Assembly (NCBI RefSeq): GCF_032116555.1
Contig: NZ_CP134949.1
Span: 1,488,001 to 1,552,000 of the forward strand
Direction: 5' to 3'
Origin: Halorarum halobium
GTDB taxonomy: Archaea; Halobacteriota; Halobacteria; Halobacteriales; Haloferacaceae
Length of the DNA stretch: 64,000 nt
A model generated the notes under the pieces. It was given only the letters and a program-made list of their open reading frames with translations, searched no databases and was not told the origin of the DNA. Of the stretch, positions 8,971 through 18,387 are shown piece by piece. Position 1 is the first letter of the stretch; the number at the start of each line of letters is the position of its first letter. The position numbers and the translations under genes are program-made.

Positions 8971-11364
8971 TCACCGGCTGCCGGGCGTCGCCGGCTGCCG
9001 GGCGTCCTCGGCGTCGTGAAGCGTCATCAGGAGTTCGGTCCCGCCGTCGGCGGGGGTACGGATGTCGAGCGTTCCCCGCGAGGCCGTCACGACCCACTTG
9101 ATGAGCCAGAGTCCGAGCCCGCTGCTGTGGGTGAGCGCCGTTTCGGTGCGGCGTTCGAGGGCGGCCCGGTCCTGCTCGGGGATGCCCGGACCGTCGTCGC
9201 GGACCGACAACAGCACGTCCCCGCGTTCGGCCTCGACGTCGGTCTCGACCGCGATTTCGACGCGGACGGGCGCGTCGCCGCCGTGGCGAGCCGCGTTCTC
9301 CAGGGCTTCCTGGACGGCCGCGCCGAGAACCGGGACCGCCGTGACCCGACACGCCTCCGGAACGGACAGCTCGACCTCGACGGGGAACCTGCGTTCCACG
9401 GCCTGTGCGCGCCTGCGGACGATCGACACGAGGTCGAGCGGGGTCCTGGCGGCCTCCTCGTCGCTGCCGAGTAACCCCTCCAGCGTGCCCGCCTTCTCGC
9501 TGTGGCCGATGAGCTTCGCCGCGGCCGTCTGGATGCGCTGGAGGCCGTCCAGCTTCTCCCCGTCGTCGATCGTCCGCGCCAGGTTCTCCGCGTTGCCGTA
9601 GATGACCTGCACGTCGTTGCGGAGGTTGTGTCTGAGGAACCGGTTCATCACCTCGAGCTGTGCCCTGCGCCGGTTGCCCGTCACGTCGGTGAGGAACCCC
9701 TCGAGCGTCGCGGAGTCGTCCGCCTTCTCCGCGAACAGGCCCGTCGCCCGCTCGCGGACCCAGCGCTCGCCCGAGTCGGCCGTCAGGAGCCGGTAACTCG
9801 CCTCGTAGGAGGTCCCCTCCGCGAGCGCGGACTCGCGTTTCGAGACGATGGCGGCCCGGTCGTCCGGGTGGACCAGTTCGCCGAACCCGATGCCGTCGGT
9901 GCTCGTGAGCGCGGCGGCGTCGTGACCGGTCAGCTCGGCCGCGTAGTCGTTGACGAACGCCAGCCGGTCCACGTCGTCGGTCGACGTGCGGAACACCATC
10001 CCCGGCAGGCTCGCGACGAGCGAGGAGAACTGGGTCTTCTGGCGCTCCAGTGCCCGCTCGGACCGGGTCCGCTCGATGCAGGTCGCGACGTGGGAGGTGA
10101 GCAGCTCGGCGAGCTCGACGTCGCGCTCAGAGAACGCGTCAACCTCCTGGGAGAACGCCTGGAACACGCCGATGGTCCCGATCGGCACCGTGATCCCGGA
10201 CACGATGTCCTCGCGCAGCGGCTCGGCGTCCTCGGCCGTCACGATGTCGTCCATGAGCTCGCTCTCGCCCGTCCGGAGCACCCTGCCGGCGATGCCTTCG
10301 CCCGTCCCGAGCGCGGTCTCCGGGATGTCGAGCGCGGCCGACGTCGTGGCGACGACGAACTGGTCGTCCTCGGCCCGAACGAACGTACACTGGTCGAAGT
10401 TGAGGATGTCCTCGGCGGCATCGACCGCCAGGTCGAAGATCTCCGACTCCCGCTCGGCCGAGACCATCTCGTCTGCGACGTCGTGGAGTCTGGCGATCTT
10501 CCTGCGGTTGCTCCGCAGGGCCTCGACGCTTCGGATGCGTTCGAGCGCGTCGGCCGCGTGGCCGGCCAGTAGCTCGGCCAGTTCCAGGTCCCGCTCGGAG
10601 AACGCTCCGACGTCGGTCGCGCTCGCCTGAAACACGCCGGCGTTCCCGATCGGGACGCTGACGACCGACCGGTAGCGTCCCCGCGCCGGGTCGCCGTCCT
10701 CGACGGTTCGAACGTCGTCGACGCGGAGGCTCCGTCCCGACTGGAACGTCTCGCCGGCGAGCCCGTGGTCCTGCGGGACCGAATCGTGGAAGTCGCCGGC
10801 GACCCCGGAGGTGCTCGCTTTCGTGACCAGTTCGTTCCCCTCCGCGACCGCGACGGTGCTCGTGTCGAAATCGAGAATGTCGGTCGCCGCACCGACGGTC
10901 AGCTCGTGGACGGCCGACTCCTCCGAGCAGGCCTCGAACTGTGTGGCGACGTCGTGGAGCCGTTCGACGGGGCGAACCGCCCAGTCCTGCCGGGTCCGTG
11001 CCGGCGTGTCACGCACGTGGAGGACCACGACGTCGTCCTCGGACTCGGTCGCTCGCGCGGCGACCTCGGTCGTCACCTCGTTCCCGGCGCCGGTCTCGAA
11101 CACCCAGTGGAAACTGCCGCCGGTCTCGACGCTCCGTGTGATCGTCTCCCACAGGCGGTCCGCGTCGTACATCGTCGGACTCCGCGGGCAGACGAGCGAC
11201 AGCGGGCCGCCCCTGAGTTCCGTCGGTGCGAGCGCGAACAGGGACGCGGCGACGTCGTCCACGTCGAGCACCGTCCCGTCGGCCACGACGAGCACGCCGT
11301 CCTCGAACGGGCTGTCCGCCCGGGAGGAGGCGGTCACGTCGGTGGACTGTTGCTCGTCGGTCAT
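8971..11364 (-). CDS. PAS-GAF-GAF-PAS sensor histidine kinase
   Basis: Two GAF repeats ending FSERD(L/V)ELAELL, PAS VHPDDR, H-box LRHNLRN, N-box ENAARH, DDGPGIP, GLGLW; start MTDEQQ. Confidence 0.92.
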   Translation of the reverse strand: MTDEQQSTDVTASSRADSPFEDGVLVVADGTVLDVDDVAASLFALAPTELRGGPLSLVCPRSPTMYDADRLWETITRSVETGGSFHWVFETGAGNEVTTEVAARATESEDDVVVLHVRDTPARTRQDWAVRPVERLHDVATQFEACSEESAVHELTVGAATDILDFDTSTVAVAEGNELVTKASTSGVAGDFHDSVPQDHGLAGETFQSGRSLRVDDVRTVEDGDPARGRYRSVVSVPIGNAGVFQASATDVGAFSERDLELAELLAGHAADALERIRSVEALRSNRRKIARLHDVADEMVSAERESEIFDLAVDAAEDILNFDQCTFVRAEDDQFVVATTSAALDIPETALGTGEGIAGRVLRTGESELMDDIVTAEDAEPLREDIVSGITVPIGTIGVFQAFSQEVDAFSERDVELAELLTSHVATCIERTRSERALERQKTQFSSLVASLPGMVFRTSTDDVDRLAFVNDYAAELTGHDAAALTSTDGIGFGELVHPDDRAAIVSKRESALAEGTSYEASYRLLTADSGERWVRERATGLFAEKADDSATLEGFLTDVTGNRRRAQLEVMNRFLRHNLRNDVQVIYGNAENLARTIDDGEKLDGLQRIQTAAAKLIGHSEKAGTLEGLLGSDEEAARTPLDLVSIVRRRAQAVERRFPVEVELSVPEACRVTAVPVLGAAVQEALENAARHGGDAPVRVEIAVETDVEAERGDVLLSVRDDGPGIPEQDRAALERRTETALTHSSGLGLWLIKWVVTASRGTLDIRTPADGGTELLMTLHDAEDARQPATPGSR

Positions 11365-11540
11365 CGGTTCTGGACCGGCCCCACGCCGAGGCCGGTTCCT
11401 ATCTATGGGGAGGAAGCGAGTGGAATTTATATAAGCTTCGCCCCGGCCGGAAGACGAGGGCCGGCACCGCGACCTCGTCGCACCCGACCACGACGTACCG
11501 CGGTTCGGGGGTCCCATCTGGATCGACTCCCGTCGGGAGT

Positions 11541-12851
11541 TCACCGATCCAGCGCGTCGGCGACACGCTCGGTTGCGCTCTCGAGCGCGCCGGCTTTCGC
11601 CATCGCCGTCACGTAGTGACCGACGGGCCTCGAGAGCGCGTCCGCCCGGATCTCCGTCCCGCCACGGTCGACCAGGCGGTCGCCGTACTCGACGTAACTG
11701 GCAATTTCGGGGACGAGCGCGGCCGTGAGCGCCGGCTCGGCCGGGGCCGTTCTGGCACGCTCGATGGCGTCGACGGCGGCACCGCGGCGCTCCCGCACGT
11801 CGTCCGCATCCGCGACCCCGAACCGGGTTCCGTCCTCGACGCTGGACCGGACCGCGTCGAACCCGGCGAGCGCGGCGAGGCCGGAACCCGCCGCGAGGAC
11901 CGTCCCTGCCGGCCGGAGCGTCACGTCCGCGTCCTCCCGGACGCCGCCGAGGGACGCCCGCTTGAGTTCGCTGAGCGCCCACGTCGCGGGGGTGTCATCC
12001 ACGTCGCGTTCGACGTACGAGGCCGCGTCCCGATCCTCGGCGAGGGAACGCTGTTCGGCCCCCGCCCGGAGCTCGGCGGTCGACGACTCCGCCGCGGTTT
12101 CCAGCCCACTCGTCAGGTCTCGCGGTTCAGCGAGCGACTCGACGAACGCGTCGTAGAGCACTCGAGCGTGTTCGAGCAGCCCGCGGACCCCCTCCAGTCG
12201 TGCCGCGAGACGACCGACTCCCTGGACGCCGTCGTCGTCGCCAGGGCGGGCGATCGGCCGTTCGAGCCGCGCGGTCGCCCCGCGGCGGAACCCCTCCAGC
12301 GCGGCGTGGACGGCGACCGCCCGGCCGGGGTCCTCACCGACGTAGCTGACGTGGTCGTGGAGGTCGGCCAGCGCCCGCTCCAGCTCGTTGGACGCCGTTT
12401 CGAGGTCTCCACGCGTCACGTCACCCTCGATCGCTCGCCAGGTCGCCGAGGCCCGCATCGCGGAAACGCGGGCCGACCGCGCCGCGGCGAGCCCCTCCCT
12501 GGTCGATGCCGGGTCGTTCGCCCGGCTCAGCTCCGCTTCCGCGTTCTCGACCTCGAACGAGATGTCCTCCCTGATCACGCCGTTGGGAACCTCAGCCGGA
12601 CCGAGCGGCGTCGGGAGCTCGTCGAGGAGGTTCCGGGCACGGCTCCGACTCTCGCCGATCGCACCGTCGTCGATTTCGACCGGGAACGTCTCCGGGACCG
12701 CGGGCTCGCGGTCGGCCACGACGGCTCGCACGTCGGTGCCGTTCAGCGTCGTCGGGCCCGAACCCGGGACCCGGAGGTCGCCACAGCCGGCGAGGAGGAC
12801 CCCGCCGGCGAGCGCGAGCGCCCCCCGCCGCGTCGGGTTCCCGTCGCTCAT
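11541..12851 (-). CDS. Tat-exported lipoprotein, helical, function unknown
   Basis: PTRRGALALAGGVLLAGC; ATGA overlap with the upstream gene; GGAGG-like RBS. Confidence 0.8.
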   Translation of the reverse strand: MSDGNPTRRGALALAGGVLLAGCGDLRVPGSGPTTLNGTDVRAVVADREPAVPETFPVEIDDGAIGESRSRARNLLDELPTPLGPAEVPNGVIREDISFEVENAEAELSRANDPASTREGLAAARSARVSAMRASATWRAIEGDVTRGDLETASNELERALADLHDHVSYVGEDPGRAVAVHAALEGFRRGATARLERPIARPGDDDGVQGVGRLAARLEGVRGLLEHARVLYDAFVESLAEPRDLTSGLETAAESSTAELRAGAEQRSLAEDRDAASYVERDVDDTPATWALSELKRASLGGVREDADVTLRPAGTVLAAGSGLAALAGFDAVRSSVEDGTRFGVADADDVRERRGAAVDAIERARTAPAEPALTAALVPEIASYVEYGDRLVDRGGTEIRADALSRPVGHYVTAMAKAGALESATERVADALDR

Positions 12852-13498
12852 TCCTCCTCCCCCGTCGTCGCCGAGGAACCGTCGCCAGCGGTGGGCTCCC
12901 GGATCCACGGCGGGAGGCGACAGCCGCCCGAACTCATCCCGGAGCCGTAGCTGCTGATCCGCTCGGGGTCGATCGCGGCCGGGATCCGAACGAACGTCGC
13001 CACGCTCGCGCGGACGTCGGCCCCGCAGGAGACATCCGCGTCGCGGAGGGTCCGGCCGTACCGCGTCTCGATCTCCGCGTCGGACCACCCGACGTAGCAG
13101 AGTTCGAGCCGATAGCACTCGCCGACCGACGAGAGGTCGACGTACACCGTCTCGGTCTCGAACTCCGTGGCCGCGATGAACTCCCTGACCGGTGCCGAGT
13201 CGACGCTCTCGGCGAAGCGCAGCCGATCGGCCGAGGCCTCGTCCACGATGAACCGGTCGGAGAGGTACCGTCTCGGGGTTCCGTTCGTCCCGGACTCCCC
13301 GTCGTCTACCCACACGATGCTCGCGTCGGTCGTCGCCCGCAGCGTCCGGTGTGGCGGGTCGGTCGCCACGTTCTCCAGGTCGCGCTCGCGCCCCGCGGTC
13401 GCGGTGGATTCTCCCGCCTCGAAGTCGCTACAGCCCGCTGCACCCGCGAGGAGAGCCGTCGCTCCGCGGAGGGCGGCCCGTCTGGTGATGGGGACCAT
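12848..13498 (-). CDS. Tat-exported lipoprotein, function unknown
   Basis: ITRRAALRGATALLAGAAGC; four further Cys (ECYRLELC, VSC, GGC). Confidence 0.8.
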   Translation of the reverse strand: MVPITRRAALRGATALLAGAAGCSDFEAGESTATAGRERDLENVATDPPHRTLRATTDASIVWVDDGESGTNGTPRRYLSDRFIVDEASADRLRFAESVDSAPVREFIAATEFETETVYVDLSSVGECYRLELCYVGWSDAEIETRYGRTLRDADVSCGADVRASVATFVRIPAAIDPERISSYGSGMSSGGCRLPPWIREPTAGDGSSATTGEEE

Positions 13499-13643
13499 CG
13501 CTTCGATGACTCTGGCTCGGCCGGGCACAAATAACGGGTGGATGGCTCCCCGTGGTCGGTCGAGGCCGATCCGGAACGGGCGAGAACCCTCGCCAGCCGC
13601 GCTTGGCCCATCACTTATCGGCGCTCCGCCCGACTGGCCACGT

Positions 13644-14432
13644 ATGCCCTCGGTGACACTCGTCGACCGCGGTCGCGTCCGCGCGGACGCCGGCTACGTG
13701 CTCGACGGCCACACGATGGCGAGCGCCGGCGAGCCGAACCCCGACCACGAGCGCATCGACTTCGTCGTCTGGTGCGCGGTCGTGGAGGCGGGCGACCGGA
13801 CGTTCCTCTGGGACACCGGCCCGCCGCCGAACGCCGCCGACTACTGGCCGGACCCGCTATACGGCGCGTTCGAGGCCTACGACGCGACCGAGCGCTCGCT
13901 GGCCGTCGACCTCGAACGCGCCGGCTACGCGATCGACGACGTCGACGCCGTCGTGGCGAGCCACCTCCACCTCGATCACGCGGGCGAACTGGCGGCGTTC
14001 GCGGGCACCGGGACGCCGGTGTTCGTCCACGAGTCGGAACTGAAGTACGCGTTCTACTCCGCCAAGACCGACGAGGGCTCCATCGCCTACCTGTCGTCGG
14101 ACTTCGACGGCGACCTGAACTGGTCTCCCGTCCACCGGCATCGACGCACCCTCACCGAGGGGTTCGAACTCCTCCACCTCCCCGGACACACGCCCGGCGT
14201 GCTCGGTGCCCGCATCGAGACGGCAGAGGGGACGCTGCTGGTCGCTGGCGACCAGGCGTACGTCGAGGCGAACTACGCCGAGGGCGTCCCGCTCGGGCCG
14301 GGGCTGTTGTGGAGCGGACCCGAGTGGCGCGAGAGCCGCCGGACGCTGCTCGAACTCGAGACCCGACACGACGCAGACGTGCTGTTCGGGCACGACCTCG
14401 ACCGGTTCGAGTCGCTGGCGACACGGTACTGA
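13644..14432 (+). CDS. N-acyl homoserine lactonase-family metallo-beta-lactamase
   Basis: SHLHLDHAG, LWDTG, PGHTPG, AGD, FGHD. Confidence 0.85.
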   Translation: MPSVTLVDRGRVRADAGYVLDGHTMASAGEPNPDHERIDFVVWCAVVEAGDRTFLWDTGPPPNAADYWPDPLYGAFEAYDATERSLAVDLERAGYAIDDVDAVVASHLHLDHAGELAAFAGTGTPVFVHESELKYAFYSAKTDEGSIAYLSSDFDGDLNWSPVHRHRRTLTEGFELLHLPGHTPGVLGARIETAEGTLLVAGDQAYVEANYAEGVPLGPGLLWSGPEWRESRRTLLELETRHDADVLFGHDLDRFESLATRY

Positions 14433-14477
14433 ACCGGCGGACGGCCGGAAGCCGGTCGGAGCACGTGGGGGGCCGGG

Positions 14478-15146
14478 TCAGCCGAACGACCGGAGGTCCG
14501 CCACCGCGGCCATCACGTTCCGTTCGGCCTTCCGGAGGTGTTCGGCGGCGGTCCCCGCCGAACAGCCCAGTTCGTCGGCGACGGCTTCGGCCGTCGCCTC
14601 GCTCGGGACCGCGTAGTAGCCCAGGTCGACGGCGACCTCGACGGCCTCCCGCTGTCGGCTCGTCAGGCCGGGGTCGAACGTGGCCTGCCTGTCGTCGTAC
14701 TCCCCGATGCGGTCCACGGTGACGTCAACGCCGTCCGGCGGGTCGTCGACCGCGGACTGGAGCGACGCGGGGTCGCCAAGCACCGTCAGGTTCGCCTCGC
14801 CGCCGCCGACGAACTCGATCGGCGGGACGACGATGACGCCCGTGCGGGAGAAGCGCTCGAACAGGCCGGCCTCGAATGCGGTCCCCTCCTGTTCGATGTA
14901 CGCGTAGAACGAGGACTCCCCCAGGGGCGTGAGCTCGAAATCAACGATCGTTTCGGCGGCCGCCAGGGCCGACGCGTAGGCGTCCGCGTCGCCCTCGGCA
15001 TAAAAGAGGAGCGTGTCCCAGCCGTCGCTGGCGGTGTTGCCGTGCAAGAGCAGGTCGCGCTCGACGTCGTCGCTCCGGTCGATGAACTCGTGGACCGGGT
15101 GGATGACGTCCTCGCGAAATCGGAGGGTCAACCGGACGTACTTCAT
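14478..15146 (-). CDS. HTH-10 (Bat-type) transcriptional regulator
   Basis: C-terminal LTSRQREAVEVAVDLGYY..P...VADELGCSAGTAAEHLRKAE. Confidence 0.9.
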   Translation of the reverse strand: MKYVRLTLRFREDVIHPVHEFIDRSDDVERDLLLHGNTASDGWDTLLFYAEGDADAYASALAAAETIVDFELTPLGESSFYAYIEQEGTAFEAGLFERFSRTGVIVVPPIEFVGGGEANLTVLGDPASLQSAVDDPPDGVDVTVDRIGEYDDRQATFDPGLTSRQREAVEVAVDLGYYAVPSEATAEAVADELGCSAGTAAEHLRKAERNVMAAVADLRSFG

Positions 15147-15235
15147 CGGTCGCTCGGAACGTGTCTCGGCGGCGCTTATAAATGGCCTCATCGACGCGGC
15201 GAAACGGACTGGTCGCCCACGGCGAACGTACACCC

Positions 15236-16921
15236 ATGAGCACGCAGTCGACGCGGCACGACGAGCGTTCGACCGACGGGGCGCTCGCGGAACAGACGCC
15301 GGACGAACTCGCGGCCCTGCTGGGCGAGCACGTCATCGGGCGGGAGGAGCATCTGAACGCGCCGGGCTACGTCGTGCGGCCCGACGAGGTGCAGGACGTG
15401 CTCTCGGCGCTCCGCACGGAGGCCGGTTTCGACCACCTCTCGTGTGTGACCGCCCAGGAGTACGAGGACCGGTTCGAGTCGATCTATCACCTGAAGAAGT
15501 ACGACGACCCGACCCAGGAGGTCAGCGTCGTCGTCCCGACCGACCGTGAACGCCCCGTCTCTCAATCCGGCGAGGCGGTGTTCCGCACCGCGGACTGGCA
15601 CGAGCGGGAGGCGTACGACCTCGTCGGCATCGAGTACGACGACCACCCCGACCTCCGCCGCATCCTGCTCCCCGAAACCTGGCAGGGACATCCCCTGTCC
15701 GCCGACTACGACCAGAACCGACCGCAGGTCGTCACCCACGCCGAGAACGTGAACCCGCTCCGGGAGGACACGCCCGGCGAGGGCTCCGCCGACGCGGACA
15801 CGATGTTGATCAACATCGGCCCCCACCACCCCGCGACCCACGGCGTGCTTCACCTGGAGACGACGCTCGACGGCGAACAGGTCGTGGACGTCGACCCCGA
15901 CATCGGCTACATCCACCGCTGTGAGGAGCAGATGTGCCAGAACGGCACCTACCGCCACCAGATCATGCCCTACCCCGACCGCTGGGACTGGGGCGGGGCG
16001 GGCCTGCTGAACGAGTGGGCGTACGCGCGGGTCGCCGAGGATCTCGCCGACATCGAGGTGCCCGAGTACGCGCAGGTGATCCGGACGATGGCGGCTGAGC
16101 TCTCGCGGATCCTCTCGCACATGCTCGCGGTCGGCGCGTACGCGCTGGACGTCATCGGCGACTTCACGGCGACGTTCATGTACGCCATCCGCGACCGCGA
16201 ACGGGTCCAGGACGTTCTGGAGGACCTGACCGGCCAGCGGCTCATGTTCAACTACTTCCGGCTCGGCGGCGTCGCCTGGGACCTCCCCGAGCCCCGCGAG
16301 GAGTTCATCGAGAAGGTCCGCTCGCTGGTGAACGACCTGCCCCGGAAGCTCGCCGAGTACCACGACCTGCTGTCGGCCAACGAGATCATCCAGCTTCGAA
16401 CCGTGGACACCGGCGTGCTGCCGGCCGAGGTCGCGAAGAGCTACGGTTGCACCGGTCCTGTCGCTCGCGGTTCGGGCGTCGACTACGACCTCCGGCGGGA
16501 CGACCCGTACGGCTACTACGACGAACTCGACTGGGACGTCGTCACCGAGGACGGCTGTGACAACTACGCCAGACTGCTCGTTCGCATGCGCGAACTCGAG
16601 GAGTCCGCGAAGATCATCGAACAGTGCGTCGACCTCCTCGAGGACTGGCCCGACGACGAGCGGACGGTCCAGGCGAACGTTCCCCGGACGCTGAAGCCGG
16701 CGGACGACACCGAGGTGTACCGCGCGGTCGAGGGCGCGAAGGGCGAACTCGGCATCTACATCAGATCGGACGGCACGGACGAGCCGGCCCGATTCAAGAT
16801 CCGCGGTCCCTCGTTCTCGAACCTCCAGGCGCTCCCGGAGATGGCCGAGGGCGAGTACGTGCCCGACATGATCGCCTCGCTCGGGAGTCTCGACACGATC
16901 ATGGGGGAAGTGGACCGCTGA
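15236..16921 (+). CDS. nuoCD: Complex I-like subunit C/D fusion, stand-alone copy
   Basis: NuoC motifs WHEREAYDLVGI..HPDLRRIL and GHPL; NuoD motifs GPHHPATHGVL, EGAKGELG, KIRGPSF, GEVDR. Confidence 0.93.
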   Translation: MSTQSTRHDERSTDGALAEQTPDELAALLGEHVIGREEHLNAPGYVVRPDEVQDVLSALRTEAGFDHLSCVTAQEYEDRFESIYHLKKYDDPTQEVSVVVPTDRERPVSQSGEAVFRTADWHEREAYDLVGIEYDDHPDLRRILLPETWQGHPLSADYDQNRPQVVTHAENVNPLREDTPGEGSADADTMLINIGPHHPATHGVLHLETTLDGEQVVDVDPDIGYIHRCEEQMCQNGTYRHQIMPYPDRWDWGGAGLLNEWAYARVAEDLADIEVPEYAQVIRTMAAELSRILSHMLAVGAYALDVIGDFTATFMYAIRDRERVQDVLEDLTGQRLMFNYFRLGGVAWDLPEPREEFIEKVRSLVNDLPRKLAEYHDLLSANEIIQLRTVDTGVLPAEVAKSYGCTGPVARGSGVDYDLRRDDPYGYYDELDWDVVTEDGCDNYARLLVRMRELEESAKIIEQCVDLLEDWPDDERTVQANVPRTLKPADDTEVYRAVEGAKGELGIYIRSDGTDEPARFKIRGPSFSNLQALPEMAEGEYVPDMIASLGSLDTIMGEVDR

Positions 16922-16963
16922 GGCCGACTGCCATGGGGGAGGTGGACCGCCGAGGACGATTAC
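16900..16963 (+). repeat. 32-bp tandem duplication spanning the nuoCD stop codon
   Basis: CATGGGGGAAGTGGACCGCTGAGGCCGACTGC vs CATGGGGGAGGTGGACCGCCGAGGACGATTAC (27/32 identical). Confidence 0.85.
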
Positions 16964-17094
16964 CGCCGTCGCGGCGGGTGAGGACCGTCGTTGCGGGGCG
17001 ACTGCCAACTCACGGACACGGTCCGGCGTCCGCCATCGGCTCCGACGTCGGAACTTCGTAAACCATTACTTGTGCGTCGGTTTACGGACGCTCG

Positions 17095-17676
17095 ATGAGC
17101 ACTGACACTCGGCAGGTCGATCTCGTCGGCGACGCGGTCGTCGGCAACCTCGCCCGCGCGGCGCTGTTCGCCGCGCTCACGGGCGTCTTCGCGTACGTCT
17201 CGTTCCAGCTTCCGGTGACGTCGGTGCCGTTCACGCTGCAGGTGCTCGGCGTCTTCCTCGCGGGCGCGTTCCTCGGGCCCGTCTGGGGCGGGGCGTCGAT
17301 GCTGCTGTACCTGCTGGCGGGCGTCGTGGGCGCGCCGGTGTTCGCCTACGGCGCCGCGGGCGTCGGCGTCCTGTTCGGCCAGTGGGGCGGCTACCTCTGG
17401 TCGTACCCGTTCGCGGCGGCGGTCGTCGGCCTCGCCACCCACGGCGCGGGCGACCTTCGCGACCCCGGTGACGTCGGCCTCGCGCGACTCGTCGGTGGCA
17501 TGGTCGCCGCGACGCTCGTCGTCTACGCGTTCGGCACGGTCGGCTACGCCGTCGTCGGGAACGTCGGCCTCGTGGCCGCGCTGCTGGCCGCGGCGGTCCC
17601 GTTCGTGCCCGCCGAACTCCTGAAGATGGCTGCGGCCGTCGCGCTCGTGCGCAGCGACGACGTCGTGGCGCGGTAG
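17095..17676 (+). CDS. bioY: Biotin ECF transporter S component
   Basis: VPFTLQVLGVFLAGAFLG, YLLAGVVGAPVF, GGYLWSY. Confidence 0.93.
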   Translation: MSTDTRQVDLVGDAVVGNLARAALFAALTGVFAYVSFQLPVTSVPFTLQVLGVFLAGAFLGPVWGGASMLLYLLAGVVGAPVFAYGAAGVGVLFGQWGGYLWSYPFAAAVVGLATHGAGDLRDPGDVGLARLVGGMVAATLVVYAFGTVGYAVVGNVGLVAALLAAAVPFVPAELLKMAAAVALVRSDDVVAR

Positions 17677-17685
17677 GTCCGCCGG

Positions 17686-18387
17686 ATGATCTCGGTCCGC
17701 GGGCTGGCTCACCGGTACGACGACGCGGTGGCCCTGGAGGAGGTCTCGCTGTCGATTCCTGACGGGGAGTTCCTCGTCCTCGCCGGGGCGAACGGCTCGG
17801 GGAAGACGACGCTCGTGCGCCACTTCAACGGCCTGCTGACGCCCGACGAGGGCGAGGTCGTCGTCGACGGCACGCCCGTCGCGGACGACGTCGTCGCCGC
17901 CCGGGCGGCGGTCGGGATGGTGTTCCAGGACCCCCGCGACTCGTTCGTCGCGGCGACGGTCGGCGCCGACGTCGCGTTCGGACCCGAGAACCTCGGTCTC
18001 CCGCGCGAGGAGATCGACGCCCGCGTCGCCGACGCGCTCGACGCGGTGGGGATGGCCGGCCGGCGGGACGAGCGGATCGACCGGCTCTCGGGCGGCGAGC
18101 GCGAGCGGGTGGCCGTCGCTGGCGCGCTGGCGATGGAGCCGAACCACCTCGTGCTCGACGAGCCGTTCACGGGCCTCGACGAACCGGCGAGGCGATCGCT
18201 CCGCCGGCACCTCGCGGAACTCCACGCGGCCGGCACCAGCGTCGTCGTCGTCACCCACGACCTCCGGGACGTGTTCGAGCGTGCGGACCGGGTCGTCGTC
18301 CTCGCGGACGGTCGCGTGGCGCTGGACGGATCGCCCGCGGAGACGCGGGAGGAACTCCACTCGCTCGGCGTCCGGCCCCCGGACTGA
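17686..18387 (+). CDS. ECF transporter ATPase (BioM/EcfA)
   Basis: GANGSGKTT, VFQDP, LSGGE, LDEP, VTHD. Confidence 0.93.
   Translation: MISVRGLAHRYDDAVALEEVSLSIPDGEFLVLAGANGSGKTTLVRHFNGLLTPDEGEVVVDGTPVADDVVAARAAVGMVFQDPRDSFVAATVGADVAFGPENLGLPREEIDARVADALDAVGMAGRRDERIDRLSGGERERVAVAGALAMEPNHLVLDEPFTGLDEPARRSLRRHLAELHAAGTSVVVVTHDLRDVFERADRVVVLADGRVALDGSPAETREELHSLGVRPPD

Noticed and set aside
15236..16921. NiFe-hydrogenase large subunit
   Set aside because: No N- or C-terminal CxxC nickel-binding motifs; ends in GEVDR like NuoD
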